DNA of 64,000 nucleotides, taken from an uncultured virus (IMG/VR IMGVR_UViG_3300046678_000325). Lineage: Duplodnaviria > Heunggongvirae > Uroviricota > Caudoviricetes. The position numbers and the translations under genes are program-made. Below the pieces are notes generated by a model. It was not told where the DNA came from and ran no database searches. It saw only the letters and a list, made by a program, of their open reading frames with translations. The stretch lies in IMG/VR virus record IMGVR_UViG_3300046678_000325. One strand, written 5' to 3'. This document shows, in pieces, positions 8,936 through 16,833 of the stretch. Positions within the stretch are counted from its first letter, which is position 1; the number at the start of each line of letters is the position of its first letter.

Positions 8936-9340
8936 CAAGCGAGACGATTACAAGGCAATGGCCGACCCGATTGGCCTAAAACGGGAGGACTACCCCTGCG
9001 CAAAAACAGGTGTAATTCCAAGTGTAATTCGGCCGGGAATTCCTCGCGCGGGCGAAACCGGAATTCTCGAGAATTTCAGACCAACCATTCCCATCCGCAT
9101 TCGCTTTGAAACTTGTAATTCGGCTCTGACACGGCCTTTGCCTAGAAATTTGGGCCGGGATCGGTACACCGCTTTCATTTGGCTGAGAGTCACAGGCCCA
9201 TAACGGGCGAAGGTCAAGTGAGGGGGTACAAACTTGACGCTCTGTAATCCTCTGTACCGATCCCAGCTTGCTCCGGCATGTGCGAGACCGGAGCGGGCCT
9301 CAGTATGCCTCTCATGGCCTTACGGCGTCAAGTTTGAGCT
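8936..9340 (+). ncRNA. structured non-coding trailer of the plus-strand island
   Basis: Pairs with 5659-6140 in nested order; also two crossing perfect 12-bp helices. Confidence 0.45.
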
Positions 9341-9531
9341 GAAGTAACGTCACCACGAAGCCACAGGAGCGCGTTTAAGACCAAGGGAGGGGTGAGCCGG
9401 TATTCCCAGCATCCCCCTTCCTCAGATCGGCTTACACGGCGTCGGCGCGAGATTCGGCGCGGCGCGGAAACCGACCCCCAACGAGTGAGACCCGCCGGAG
9501 CGGGCCTCGGGTAGCGCGGATGAAATTTCAG

Positions 9532-9945
9532 CTAGGGCTGGTCGTTGTCGTGCAAGTCGGAGCGCTGAGCGAGCCACGGCGCGGAGTGAGTCGGGAGAAG
9601 GTCGCGCCTCCACTGCTTGATCCGATCGTGCTCCTTGGTCGTCTGCTCGATGAAATCTTTGAGGCTCTTGTAGTGACCACAGATCGCCTTGGGATCGTGA
9701 GCGAAGATCGCCGCGATGAAAATTCCCCACTCGTCCCAAGTCGCGGCCTTCTCGGGGAGTCGCTGCATCATGTAGCTGCTCGACCCGGAGATACGCACCA
9801 CGTAGCCCCGCTCCCGCTTGCGTGATCCCTCGATGCCGACATTCGTGTAACCCTGAAACTTCTCGCCCGGATCGGCCAGGTAGCAGCCGCTCGGCACTGC
9901 GGAAAGAACGTCCTGAAGCGTCAGCGTGTCGGAATGAATCTTCAT
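9532..9945 (-). CDS. hypothetical early protein
   Basis: Own promoter, conserved leader motif and RBS. Confidence 0.75.
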   Translation of the reverse strand: MKIHSDTLTLQDVLSAVPSGCYLADPGEKFQGYTNVGIEGSRKRERGYVVRISGSSSYMMQRLPEKAATWDEWGIFIAAIFAHDPKAICGHYKSLKDFIEQTTKEHDRIKQWRRDLLPTHSAPWLAQRSDLHDNDQP

Positions 9946-9947
9946 GC

Positions 9948-9968
9948 GAATTTCCTTTCGTCGGAAGG
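9948..9968 (-). promoter_or_regulatory. start-associated repeat CCTTCCGACGAAAGGAAATTC
   Basis: Identical 21-mers at 9948-9968, 11456-11476 and 12420-12440, each 2 nt before an ATG. Confidence 0.85.
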
Positions 9969-9978
9969 TAACGCGCGG

Positions 9979-10007
9979 AGCGTAGCAGCAAAAGGAAATT
10001 CCGTCAA
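9979..10007 (-). promoter_or_regulatory. sigma70-type promoter TTGACG-17-TACGCT
   Basis: Near-duplicate of the promoter at 12453-12481. Confidence 0.75.
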
Positions 10008-10027
10008 GTAGACTTTACAAACGACGA

Positions 10028-10047
10028 AAGCCACCCGAAGGTGGCTT
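10028..10047 (-). terminator. intrinsic terminator-like hairpin
   Basis: AAGCCACC-TTCG-GGTGGCTT on the minus strand followed by a T-containing tail. Confidence 0.65.
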
Positions 10048-10072
10048 CCGACGTTCCCTTCCGACAGGAAAT

Positions 10073-10573
10073 TTACGCGGCAGTCATCTTGCTATGGCTG
10101 GGCCTGCGATGCTCCCGGCCTGCTGCTCGCCGCTCAAACTTCTGTGCGGGCTTCAGCGTAGCAAACGTGCGCCGCTGCTGAGCCTTGCGGTTGATCCTGC
10201 GCTGCTGCTCATCCCGACGTGCGAGCGCGTCCGAGAGAGGCTTACCCTTCAGCTTCATCCCCCGCCGAGGATCAGCGACCATGATCGGCTCGGAATCTTC
10301 CACCGTTCCGGTCGTGAAATCTTTGTTGACGGAGACGCCTGACTCGATGAGCGCAACCGTCGCCTTGTCGCGCGCTCTGACCGGCAGAGATTTCAGAGTG
10401 ACCATCGCGTTCGGCGGAATCACAAACTCCTCGCTTGCGCGGCGCTCGATCGCGCGGGTGATCTTGCGGACGTGCCGATCCCTACGCCGGTAGCTCTTGA
10501 TCTTGTCCGGCTTGTTGCTCTTGTTCTTCGACATTTCAGACTCCTTTGGTAGTAGTGGCTTTGGGGATTTCAA
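10073..10573 (-). CDS. basic hypothetical protein (probable start MSKNKS, about 10534)
   Basis: AAGGAG RBS before the internal ATG. Confidence 0.6.
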   Translation of the reverse strand: MKSPKPLLPKESEMSKNKSNKPDKIKSYRRRDRHVRKITRAIERRASEEFVIPPNAMVTLKSLPVRARDKATVALIESGVSVNKDFTTGTVEDSEPIMVADPRRGMKLKGKPLSDALARRDEQQRRINRKAQQRRTFATLKPAQKFERRAAGREHRRPSHSKMTAA

Positions 10574-10660
10574 CTTCGCGCAAGTGCATTACGGCCCATC
10601 GAACGACCCAAAGGCTAGCGACGATTTCAACCGTGACCCACGTTACCCACAGGACGATGA

Positions 10661-10831
10661 TCATGATTTCAGACCTGACTTCAGACCGAGACAAATACCA
10701 TGTGCAGCGCAGACGACAAGATAAACGCCGGACACGATAATCGCCCACGGCCAATGCCCCGTCAAAATCGAACCCATGACGCCGATGAAAAGAATGGCAT
10801 CAAGCGCTTTTCTTATGACGTTATCAATCAT
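10661..10831 (-). CDS. small membrane protein (56 aa)
   Basis: Hand-translated MIDNVIRKALDAILFIGVMGSILTGHWPWAIIVSGVYLVV..., ATGA-coupled on both sides. Confidence 0.5.
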   Translation of the reverse strand: MIDNVIRKALDAILFIGVMGSILTGHWPWAIIVSGVYLVVCAAHGICLGLKSGLKS

Positions 10832-11013
10832 GACGTAGTGGCCTTCCGAATTTCATGATAGAGCATCTTGCCCGTCAAAGCTGCGATCAACGTCCACACT
10901 GCTTGACTCGGGCCGTGGCCCAGAAAGAAAACGGATGAGCCGAGATACGCGCCTTTCACGAAGTAGATGAAATTGAACGAGTAGATTGCAAGCCAGAACG
11001 CTTTACCGATCAT
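10828..11013 (-). CDS. small membrane protein
   Basis: Hydrophobic ORF, coupled. Confidence 0.55.
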   Translation of the reverse strand: MIGKAFWLAIYSFNFIYFVKGAYLGSSVFFLGHGPSQAVWTLIAALTGKMLYHEIRKATTS

Positions 11014-11453
11014 GCCTTGATCCCGTCACGAATTTCAGCGTGGCTATAGCTGAGCTTGTGCAAGCGCTCACGGTCGGCGCTCGTAAGCTTCGGCGTCGGC
11101 TTCTTGATCGCCTTGCGCGCCTTGTGCAAGCGATCCCAGCATGCGCGAGCTTCGGCACGAACAGCGTTTCGGAGCGCGACGTTCGGCTTCTTCGGCGTCT
11201 GCTTTTTCACCACTGTGGAATCGACGTGATGAAATTGCTTCCGCGTCGGCTCGTGCTCGTGGCCGTCCGGCGAAGTCCAGTCGCACCCTGTGCAAATGAA
11301 AAGCAGCACACCGTCGTCTCCTGCCTCAACAATGTGACCTTCGCAGTCGGGATCGAGACAAGCCAGCGCGCCGTGAGGCTTGCGCGGCTCGTACATGAAA
11401 CTGATTCCGCTCGGAGCCTTGGTGATCTTCGCGTTCTTTTTCTTTGCTGCCAT
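11010..11453 (-). CDS. Zn-ribbon basic protein
   Basis: CLDPDC...CTGC; leader motif and RBS. Confidence 0.7.
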   Translation of the reverse strand: MAAKKKNAKITKAPSGISFMYEPRKPHGALACLDPDCEGHIVEAGDDGVLLFICTGCDWTSPDGHEHEPTRKQFHHVDSTVVKKQTPKKPNVALRNAVRAEARACWDRLHKARKAIKKPTPKLTSADRERLHKLSYSHAEIRDGIKA

Positions 11454-11602
11454 TGGAATTTCCTTTCGTCGGAAGGGATTTGCGAGTGACGCCTTGCCGC
11501 CCTGACACTACTTTGCCGTCATGCCCAAACGGTAGCTACGTCACTCGCGCGGACGATCGGTGCAATCGGTGTTTCACGTTGAAACCGATTCCCGCTGAGA
11601 CC

Positions 11603-11631
11603 AAGGTAGCACAGTCTCCGGCCGTTGTCAA
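11603..11631 (-). promoter_or_regulatory. sigma70-type promoter TTGACA-17-TACCTT (extended TG)
   Basis: Hexamers and spacing. Confidence 0.7.
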
Positions 11632-12216
11632 ATTTCCTTTTGCATGCCGACGAGTGACTTGCTAAAACGGCGGGCCTGCTGGTAGTACGCAAGCGCTTCC
11701 GGGAGGAAGACGCCTTTTTCCTCTGTCCGCTTGATCGCTTTGCGCAGACTACGCCGGATCGCATTGATGATGAGCCGCTGTTGATGAATTTCAAGCGGAG
11801 TCATGCCAGAAGCTCGGAGTAGACAATTTCATCGCCTTTGGTCAGCACAACCTCGTTGGTGTCATCGTTGAAAAACAGCTCGTAGTGCATTTCAGTCCGC
11901 TCAGTGTCGAGCGCTTCCCCGACCGGCGTATGCCGAGTGACGCTGAGATACGCAAGATCAGGCCCACGGCCACACTGATACCCGGCCTGTGCATAGAATT
12001 TCACTTCACGCTGCATGGTGAACCTCCTCGGTTCCAAGAAAATAGACCGGGCCATTGTAATTCTCACCGTCGATCCGACGCGAGCCTGTCCACGAACGAA
12101 ACATATATGCGCTCGTCTTATGCCAGCGCCCACGTATTGAAACTTCGTAGACGTGCCCGCCGCATAGGTAGCAGCGGGCTTCGTCGTCAGTGTAGGTGTG
12201 GAAATGCTCCAACATT

Positions 12217-12417
12217 TCAGTTGAGGCAAATGTCGATGAAAATGTCCTGCTCGGGCACAAGCGGCTGGACGTAGGCGATGCAGTTGGGAGCGAGCCGCAC
12301 ATAGCAGGCGATCGGAATTCCGTCCACCGTTCGCTCTCCAACGATCCCGCGCTCACACTCTGCGCTGAGCTGCGTGATTGCCTCTGCGATCTTTCTTTCG
12401 ACCTGTGCTGCCTTCAT
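12217..12417 (-). CDS. hypothetical early protein
   Basis: Leader motif and RBS. Confidence 0.65.
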   Translation of the reverse strand: MKAAQVERKIAEAITQLSAECERGIVGERTVDGIPIACYVRLAPNCIAYVQPLVPEQDIFIDICLN

Positions 12418-12452
12418 GAGAATTTCCTTTCGTCGGAAGGTACTGTGCGACC

Positions 12453-12481
12453 AGCTTAGCAGCTAAAGGAAATTCTGTCAA
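12453..12481 (-). promoter_or_regulatory. sigma70-type promoter TTGACA-17-TAAGCT
   Basis: Hexamers and spacing; repeated at 9979. Confidence 0.8.
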
Positions 12482-12498
12482 GCAGGCTTTACAAACAA

Positions 12499-12527
12499 CG
12501 AGACCCCGCACCGTAGCCGGGGTCTCG
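12499..12527 (-). terminator. terminator-like hairpin
   Basis: CGAGACCCCG...CGGGGTCTCG followed by TTGTTT on the minus strand. Confidence 0.65.
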
Positions 12528-12601
12528 CTTGCCGGGAATTGCCCCGGCGGTTCATGGTCTCACCCCCTCAGCGCGGGCTTACCGCGTCTCTCTTGCGTGA
12601 G

Positions 12602-12630
12602 ACCCTATAGGTAATTCGCTCACGTGTCAA
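12602..12630 (-). promoter_or_regulatory. sigma70-type promoter TTGACA-17-TAGGGT
   Basis: Hexamers and spacing. Confidence 0.5.
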
Positions 12631-13118
12631 GCCTCGATCCAGTTGCGAGCGAATCCCCAATCCTCGACCGTCCGCGAGCGCCACTCCTCTAGCGCCTCTT
12701 CCTCCGATGCCCACGGTGCGCTCGCTGCTAGGCGTAGCGTCATCATGAAATCCGATACGTCGTAATACACAGTGGTCAGCTCCCGAGGAATTCCCTGCCA
12801 GTATGTAATTGTTGCTGAACGCGGAGCGAGCTGTCGCCGCCGCTCGCGCGTATGCTCCTGCCACGCCTCCTCTTCCTCAATGTCCGCGATGGTCAAGTCG
12901 TCCGACCCGAACATCTGGGAAATTTCCTCTCCGTGGTGTCCGCTGTCAAACAACGGAAGCTCTGGCTGCTTGTTCGGAATTCCAAGCTTCTGCTTGTGCT
13001 GTTGCCGCCGACACTTCTCAATCAAGCGTTGAAGTTGACTCATTGAAATTCTCCTTAGTCGGTGAAGAACCATGCGAAGACCACGAGGACAACGAAGATC
13101 AAAATTACAATCGCCCAC
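12627..13118 (-). CDS. hypothetical protein (probable start MSQLQR, about 13043)
   Basis: AAGGAG RBS. Confidence 0.6.
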   Translation of the reverse strand: MGDCNFDLRCPRGLRMVLHRLRRISMSQLQRLIEKCRRQQHKQKLGIPNKQPELPLFDSGHHGEEISQMFGSDDLTIADIEEEEAWQEHTRERRRQLAPRSATITYWQGIPRELTTVYYDVSDFMMTLRLAASAPWASEEEALEEWRSRTVEDWGFARNWIEA

Positions 13119-13248
13119 GCATCAACAAATAGCGACGTGAAGCTGGCGAGCATCTAGAAGACCCCCGTTACCCACAGCACACGAGCGATGATGCACACGA
13201 TGAGATAGACGAAAAGAATCAGCCCGATCCATTTCAGCCAGCGTCCCA

Positions 13249-13809
13249 TCAGTTGTCACCCATTCCAAGGTACGAACGAATTTCACCGTGCATCTGCTCT
13301 TCCATCTGTTCCACGATTGTCGATGCTTCGGCGCTCATCACCGTGCCTGCCCACAGGCCGAGAATCATCGCCGTAGAGCAACCGCCCTCGTCTGTGTAGC
13401 TCGGTGTGCGGCCTGCCAGAGCCGCGCATGCTGTCGCAGCTACGGCCGCAACCAGCGTCTCTTTGATGTTCTCCCGAATTTCACGCATCGGCGGCATGTC
13501 CAGCTCTGGGTCAGCCGCCATCGCAGGCTTGATCCTCCGCTCGACAATTTCATGCACTGCGCCGTCAAGGTGATCGTTCACACTCTGCATGAGTCGAGAG
13601 TCAGGATGGTTTTCCAAGAGCTGAATCAGATCGTTCCGAATTTCTTCCCTCATCTGTCTGCAATTTTCACACATGGTCATCGCCTCCGTTGGTGTCGGTC
13701 TGCTCGACAACTGCGAGCAATCTCTGAAATGGCACACGGTTGATCTTCCCGCGCTGGCGCATCGGGCCATTGAGCGGCGTGAAAAGAGCGAACGTCTCTT
13801 CGCGCTCAC
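13249..13809 (-). CDS. hypothetical protein (probable start MTMCENC)
   Basis: GGAGG RBS before the internal ATG. Confidence 0.55.
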   Translation of the reverse strand: MSAKRRSLFSRRSMARCASAGRSTVCHFRDCSQLSSRPTPTEAMTMCENCRQMREEIRNDLIQLLENHPDSRLMQSVNDHLDGAVHEIVERRIKPAMAADPELDMPPMREIRENIKETLVAAVAATACAALAGRTPSYTDEGGCSTAMILGLWAGTVMSAEASTIVEQMEEQMHGEIRSYLGMGDN

Positions 13810-14044
13810 CGACCTGTACCTTCTCGGTCGTATCCGCTACGCGAGCGAAGACCGGCATGCTCTCGGCCTCGTAGGTCGGAGCCTCGTTCGTGAAATACAC
13901 GGCGTGACCTTCGACGCCGAAACCCTCTTGTACGTAGATTGCAAAACCTGACATTGGAATTTCCTTCCTATCGCTTTGCGTAATTGAGCCGTTGACGTTG
14001 CACACGCGCTCGATCGAGAATCGTCTTTGCGAGGAAGATAGCAT
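13667..14044 (-). CDS. hypothetical protein (probable start MSGFAI)
   Basis: AGGAAGG RBS. Confidence 0.55.
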   Translation of the reverse strand: MLSSSQRRFSIERVCNVNGSITQSDRKEIPMSGFAIYVQEGFGVEGHAVYFTNEAPTYEAESMPVFARVADTTEKVQVGEREETFALFTPLNGPMRQRGKINRVPFQRLLAVVEQTDTNGGDDHV

Positions 14045-14572
14045 GATCAGCCTCTACCTCCAAGCGTTTCAGCGTCTCCGTATTTGTGTACCCCTCTTCG
14101 TCGGCATTGAGAATTTCCTGCACCGTCTCTCCGGTCTCCTCTGCGAGCTTCGCAGCAAGCTTGACCATCGGCATTTCCGGGTCTCTCCACTTTTTCCGGT
14201 TCATACCAATTTCACCGTGATGATCAGGAACGTTGCCAGAGTCAGAAGTGTGGTGGTCAACGAGCACACCGTGCGGACTAGCTCCGCATGCGTCTTGTAA
14301 TGTTTCGTCGGCTTTGGCATTATCGCCTCCTCTTGATTTCATGGGTCAGTAGCAGCGGGTGATCGTCCGGCCTCGTAGGGTCGTTGTCAGAGCCACGCCG
14401 CGCCCGATCGATCTTCTCCCACTCGTACTCTCGCGGAGCCTCTAGCGGCGTCTCACGCTGTCGTGGGGGGAAGCAAATGCCAATGATCCCCAGACACAGT
14501 GCTCCGATGATCATTGCGTACCAGCCTCCCCACCAAAAGCCGCCACCGAGAACTGTAATTGTGATCACGAGC

Positions 14573-15214
14573 CTAAGCACCCGGAGTCACTTCCGTGCGC
14601 AGTCCGCCGACGATGTGCTGGGCCAATTCCTCGTTCGACATAGCCATAAGAACGTCCGGCTCAATGTCTTCAAGGATTTCAGCGATCAGAACAACGTCGG
14701 GATCGGAAGTCATGACGATGCTGATAGCTCGTCCGTTTATTTCAGCACGAGTCGCCTCAAACGTTAGCCCGTCTGAATCGTCCTGGTACGTGCGGCGCGT
14801 CGAAACGTCAACGAGTTGGTGATCGATCCCCAGCCTCATTGCGAGCAGCCGTGCGATACCAAGCGCGAAATCTCGCTGCGTCTTCACAATTTCAAGCCTT
14901 CTCTGTTCGCGCGCATCACGGACTGCTTTTTCACGAGCGGCTTCTTCCAGTGAAACAAGCTCACGCGCCATGAGCAGGAAGCGAATCGGATTGCCGTCTG
15001 AGCTTCGGGCACCTGAATATTCCCACTCGCCTGTCTCTTCATTCAAATTCACGTTGTGAACCTGCACCCGATCGAAGCGCCCACTCGTACTGCCGTCATA
15101 CCGAACAGCCGTGGCATCGACCTTGACGTGCTGCTGGCTGGGGCGTGTCCCATGTCGGCCTCTGAAATAGCCTCTTACGTACACCGCCCCAACTTGTACC
15201 TCAGTCATCCTCAT
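14573..15214 (-). CDS. hypothetical early protein
   Basis: Promoter, CCTTCCGACGAA leader and GGAG RBS. Confidence 0.7.
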   Translation of the reverse strand: MRMTEVQVGAVYVRGYFRGRHGTRPSQQHVKVDATAVRYDGSTSGRFDRVQVHNVNLNEETGEWEYSGARSSDGNPIRFLLMARELVSLEEAAREKAVRDAREQRRLEIVKTQRDFALGIARLLAMRLGIDHQLVDVSTRRTYQDDSDGLTFEATRAEINGRAISIVMTSDPDVVLIAEILEDIEPDVLMAMSNEELAQHIVGGLRTEVTPGA

Positions 15215-15255
15215 GAAATTCTCCGTTCGTCGGAAGGTAATTGACCATAGGTGGG

Positions 15256-15284
15256 ATTAGAGCACAAGAGAGGGCCACTGTCAA
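15256..15284 (-). promoter_or_regulatory. sigma70-type promoter TTGACA-17-TCTAAT
   Basis: Hexamers and spacing. Confidence 0.6.
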
Positions 15285-15309
15285 GTGACCCTCATCTTGC
15301 ACCGTTTGA

Positions 15310-16056
15310 CTAGCGCCGCGTCTTTGCCTTTGCGCGCCCACCAGCGGCCTTCTTACGGCCTCCGGCCTTGCGCGCGGGCTTCGCAGCGGTCGTCTTCTTT
15401 TTCGCCGCAGCGGGCTTCTTAGCAGCCTTGGCCTTCGCAGGCTTAAAGGTGCCGTTGCCGGTTCCACCCGTCCCGTATTTCACGCGGTTCGTGCTCGACT
15501 CGTGCTGTCCCGTTGCGATGGCGAAATCGAACAGGGTGCGAGAGATGCGGTATTTCAACATGCTCTCGGCTTCGGACTTGGTGCGCTTCGTCCCATTCAT
15601 CTTCTTCTTGGAGACGAAATTCCAAATGTCTCCCTTCAGAAGACCGAACGCCTTCGTCCGATCGCCCTTGCATTTCTTCAGCGCCTTGATGATCAGGTCA
15701 GGTGCCGAACCACTGCGCGGATTCCAACCCTCGGAATCGTTGAAATTGATCTTGCCGAGAGTGTTGCGCCCGTCCGTGGAATTGCTCGACCGCTTCGCCT
15801 TTGCGCCTTTCGACTTGGCAGGTGTCGATGCCTTCCGGCCGGGAGACTTCTTGGTGGCAGTCTTCTTGGCGACGGACGCCTTACGCGCGGACTTCCGTGC
15901 CGGTGCCACCTTCTTGACTGCGGCCTTCTTACGCGGCTTGCTCCCGTGGTCAGCGATGATCTTCTGAAGCTCGGGGGCGGTCGTCGCGCCGCGAAGGACT
16001 GCGGCTGAAATACCGAGACCCTTCGCTTTCTTCCGAAGCTCAGCTAGCTTCGCCAT
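15310..16056 (-). CDS. histone H1-like Lys/Ala-rich DNA-binding protein
   Basis: AKK/PAK repeats on both sides of a central globular region; AGGAGG RBS. Confidence 0.75.
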   Translation of the reverse strand: MAKLAELRKKAKGLGISAAVLRGATTAPELQKIIADHGSKPRKKAAVKKVAPARKSARKASVAKKTATKKSPGRKASTPAKSKGAKAKRSSNSTDGRNTLGKINFNDSEGWNPRSGSAPDLIIKALKKCKGDRTKAFGLLKGDIWNFVSKKKMNGTKRTKSEAESMLKYRISRTLFDFAIATGQHESSTNRVKYGTGGTGNGTFKPAKAKAAKKPAAAKKKTTAAKPARKAGGRKKAAGGRAKAKTRR

Positions 16057-16112
16057 GACGTACCTCCTGGTTGATTGCCGTTCGGGTTGTGAAGCTTTGT
16101 CTCACAGTGAGA

Positions 16113-16141
16113 AGTGAAGCACCTTTAGGGCAATTTGTCAA
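16113..16141 (-). promoter_or_regulatory. sigma70-type promoter TTGACA-17-TTCACT
   Basis: Hexamers and spacing, intergenic. Confidence 0.55.
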
Positions 16142-16163
16142 ATTACCTCCCTTTGCAGGCATT

Positions 16164-16625
16164 TCATCTACGCACCTTGGCCTGCAATTCGGCCGTTGAC
16201 TCGATCAAATCCAATTCCAGCACCCACGCTTCCTCGACTTTCATCCCGCCGTCCAGCCTCGGGGCTATTTCCTTTGCGACCGCGCGAGACAAGTAGCCGA
16301 TATGGAAATTCTCATATGGCTTCTCGATCAGGTACACCGCAACCGCGTTGTCATCGTGGCTGTTCTCCGGTTCACGCACGAGCTTGGCCTTCAGCGGAGT
16401 TTCACTCGCCAGCATTTCCATCTTCGCCGGGGTCAGGCGATAGCCCAAACCCACGACGGTCAGATCGAGCGTACGGAATTTCGCTTTAGCTTTTGGTTGG
16501 TCTGCCAACTTGGTGCCCCTCGATGATGCCCTTGATTTCCTCCGCTTGCTGAGGAGACCAAAGCCGGATCGAAAGCGCTCCCATCGGCACACGTTGCGCC
16601 TCTGGAATTCTCCCGTCCGCTTCAA
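16164..16625 (-). CDS. HIRAN domain protein (true start about 16508)
   Basis: VVGLGYR...LVREPENSHDDNAVAV...IGYLSR. Confidence 0.8.
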   Translation of the reverse strand: MKRTGEFQRRNVCRWERFRSGFGLLSKRRKSRASSRGTKLADQPKAKAKFRTLDLTVVGLGYRLTPAKMEMLASETPLKAKLVREPENSHDDNAVAVYLIEKPYENFHIGYLSRAVAKEIAPRLDGGMKVEEAWVLELDLIESTAELQAKVRR

Positions 16626-16833
16626 GCCTCTTCAGCCAACGCGGATCGCATGGAACGAACAGGGCCAGCTCGCTGCTCGTGAGGTAGTGCTTGAATTTCT
16701 TCGGCTTCAAGTAATCCAGCCCGCGCGGGCCTTTCGCACCCTGACCACGAGCGCGATTGGAATTCCGGCCTTTGCCCTGTCCCTCCATGCCCTTGTAGAC
16801 GCGCTTCTTTACTCCTGGCTTCCGCTTGGTCAT
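16486..16833 (-). CDS. MerR-like HTH DNA-binding protein
   Basis: YLTSSELA...WLKRLEADGRIP...RLWSPQQ. Confidence 0.65.
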   Translation of the reverse strand: MTKRKPGVKKRVYKGMEGQGKGRNSNRARGQGAKGPRGLDYLKPKKFKHYLTSSELALFVPCDPRWLKRLEADGRIPEAQRVPMGALSIRLWSPQQAEEIKGIIEGHQVGRPTKS

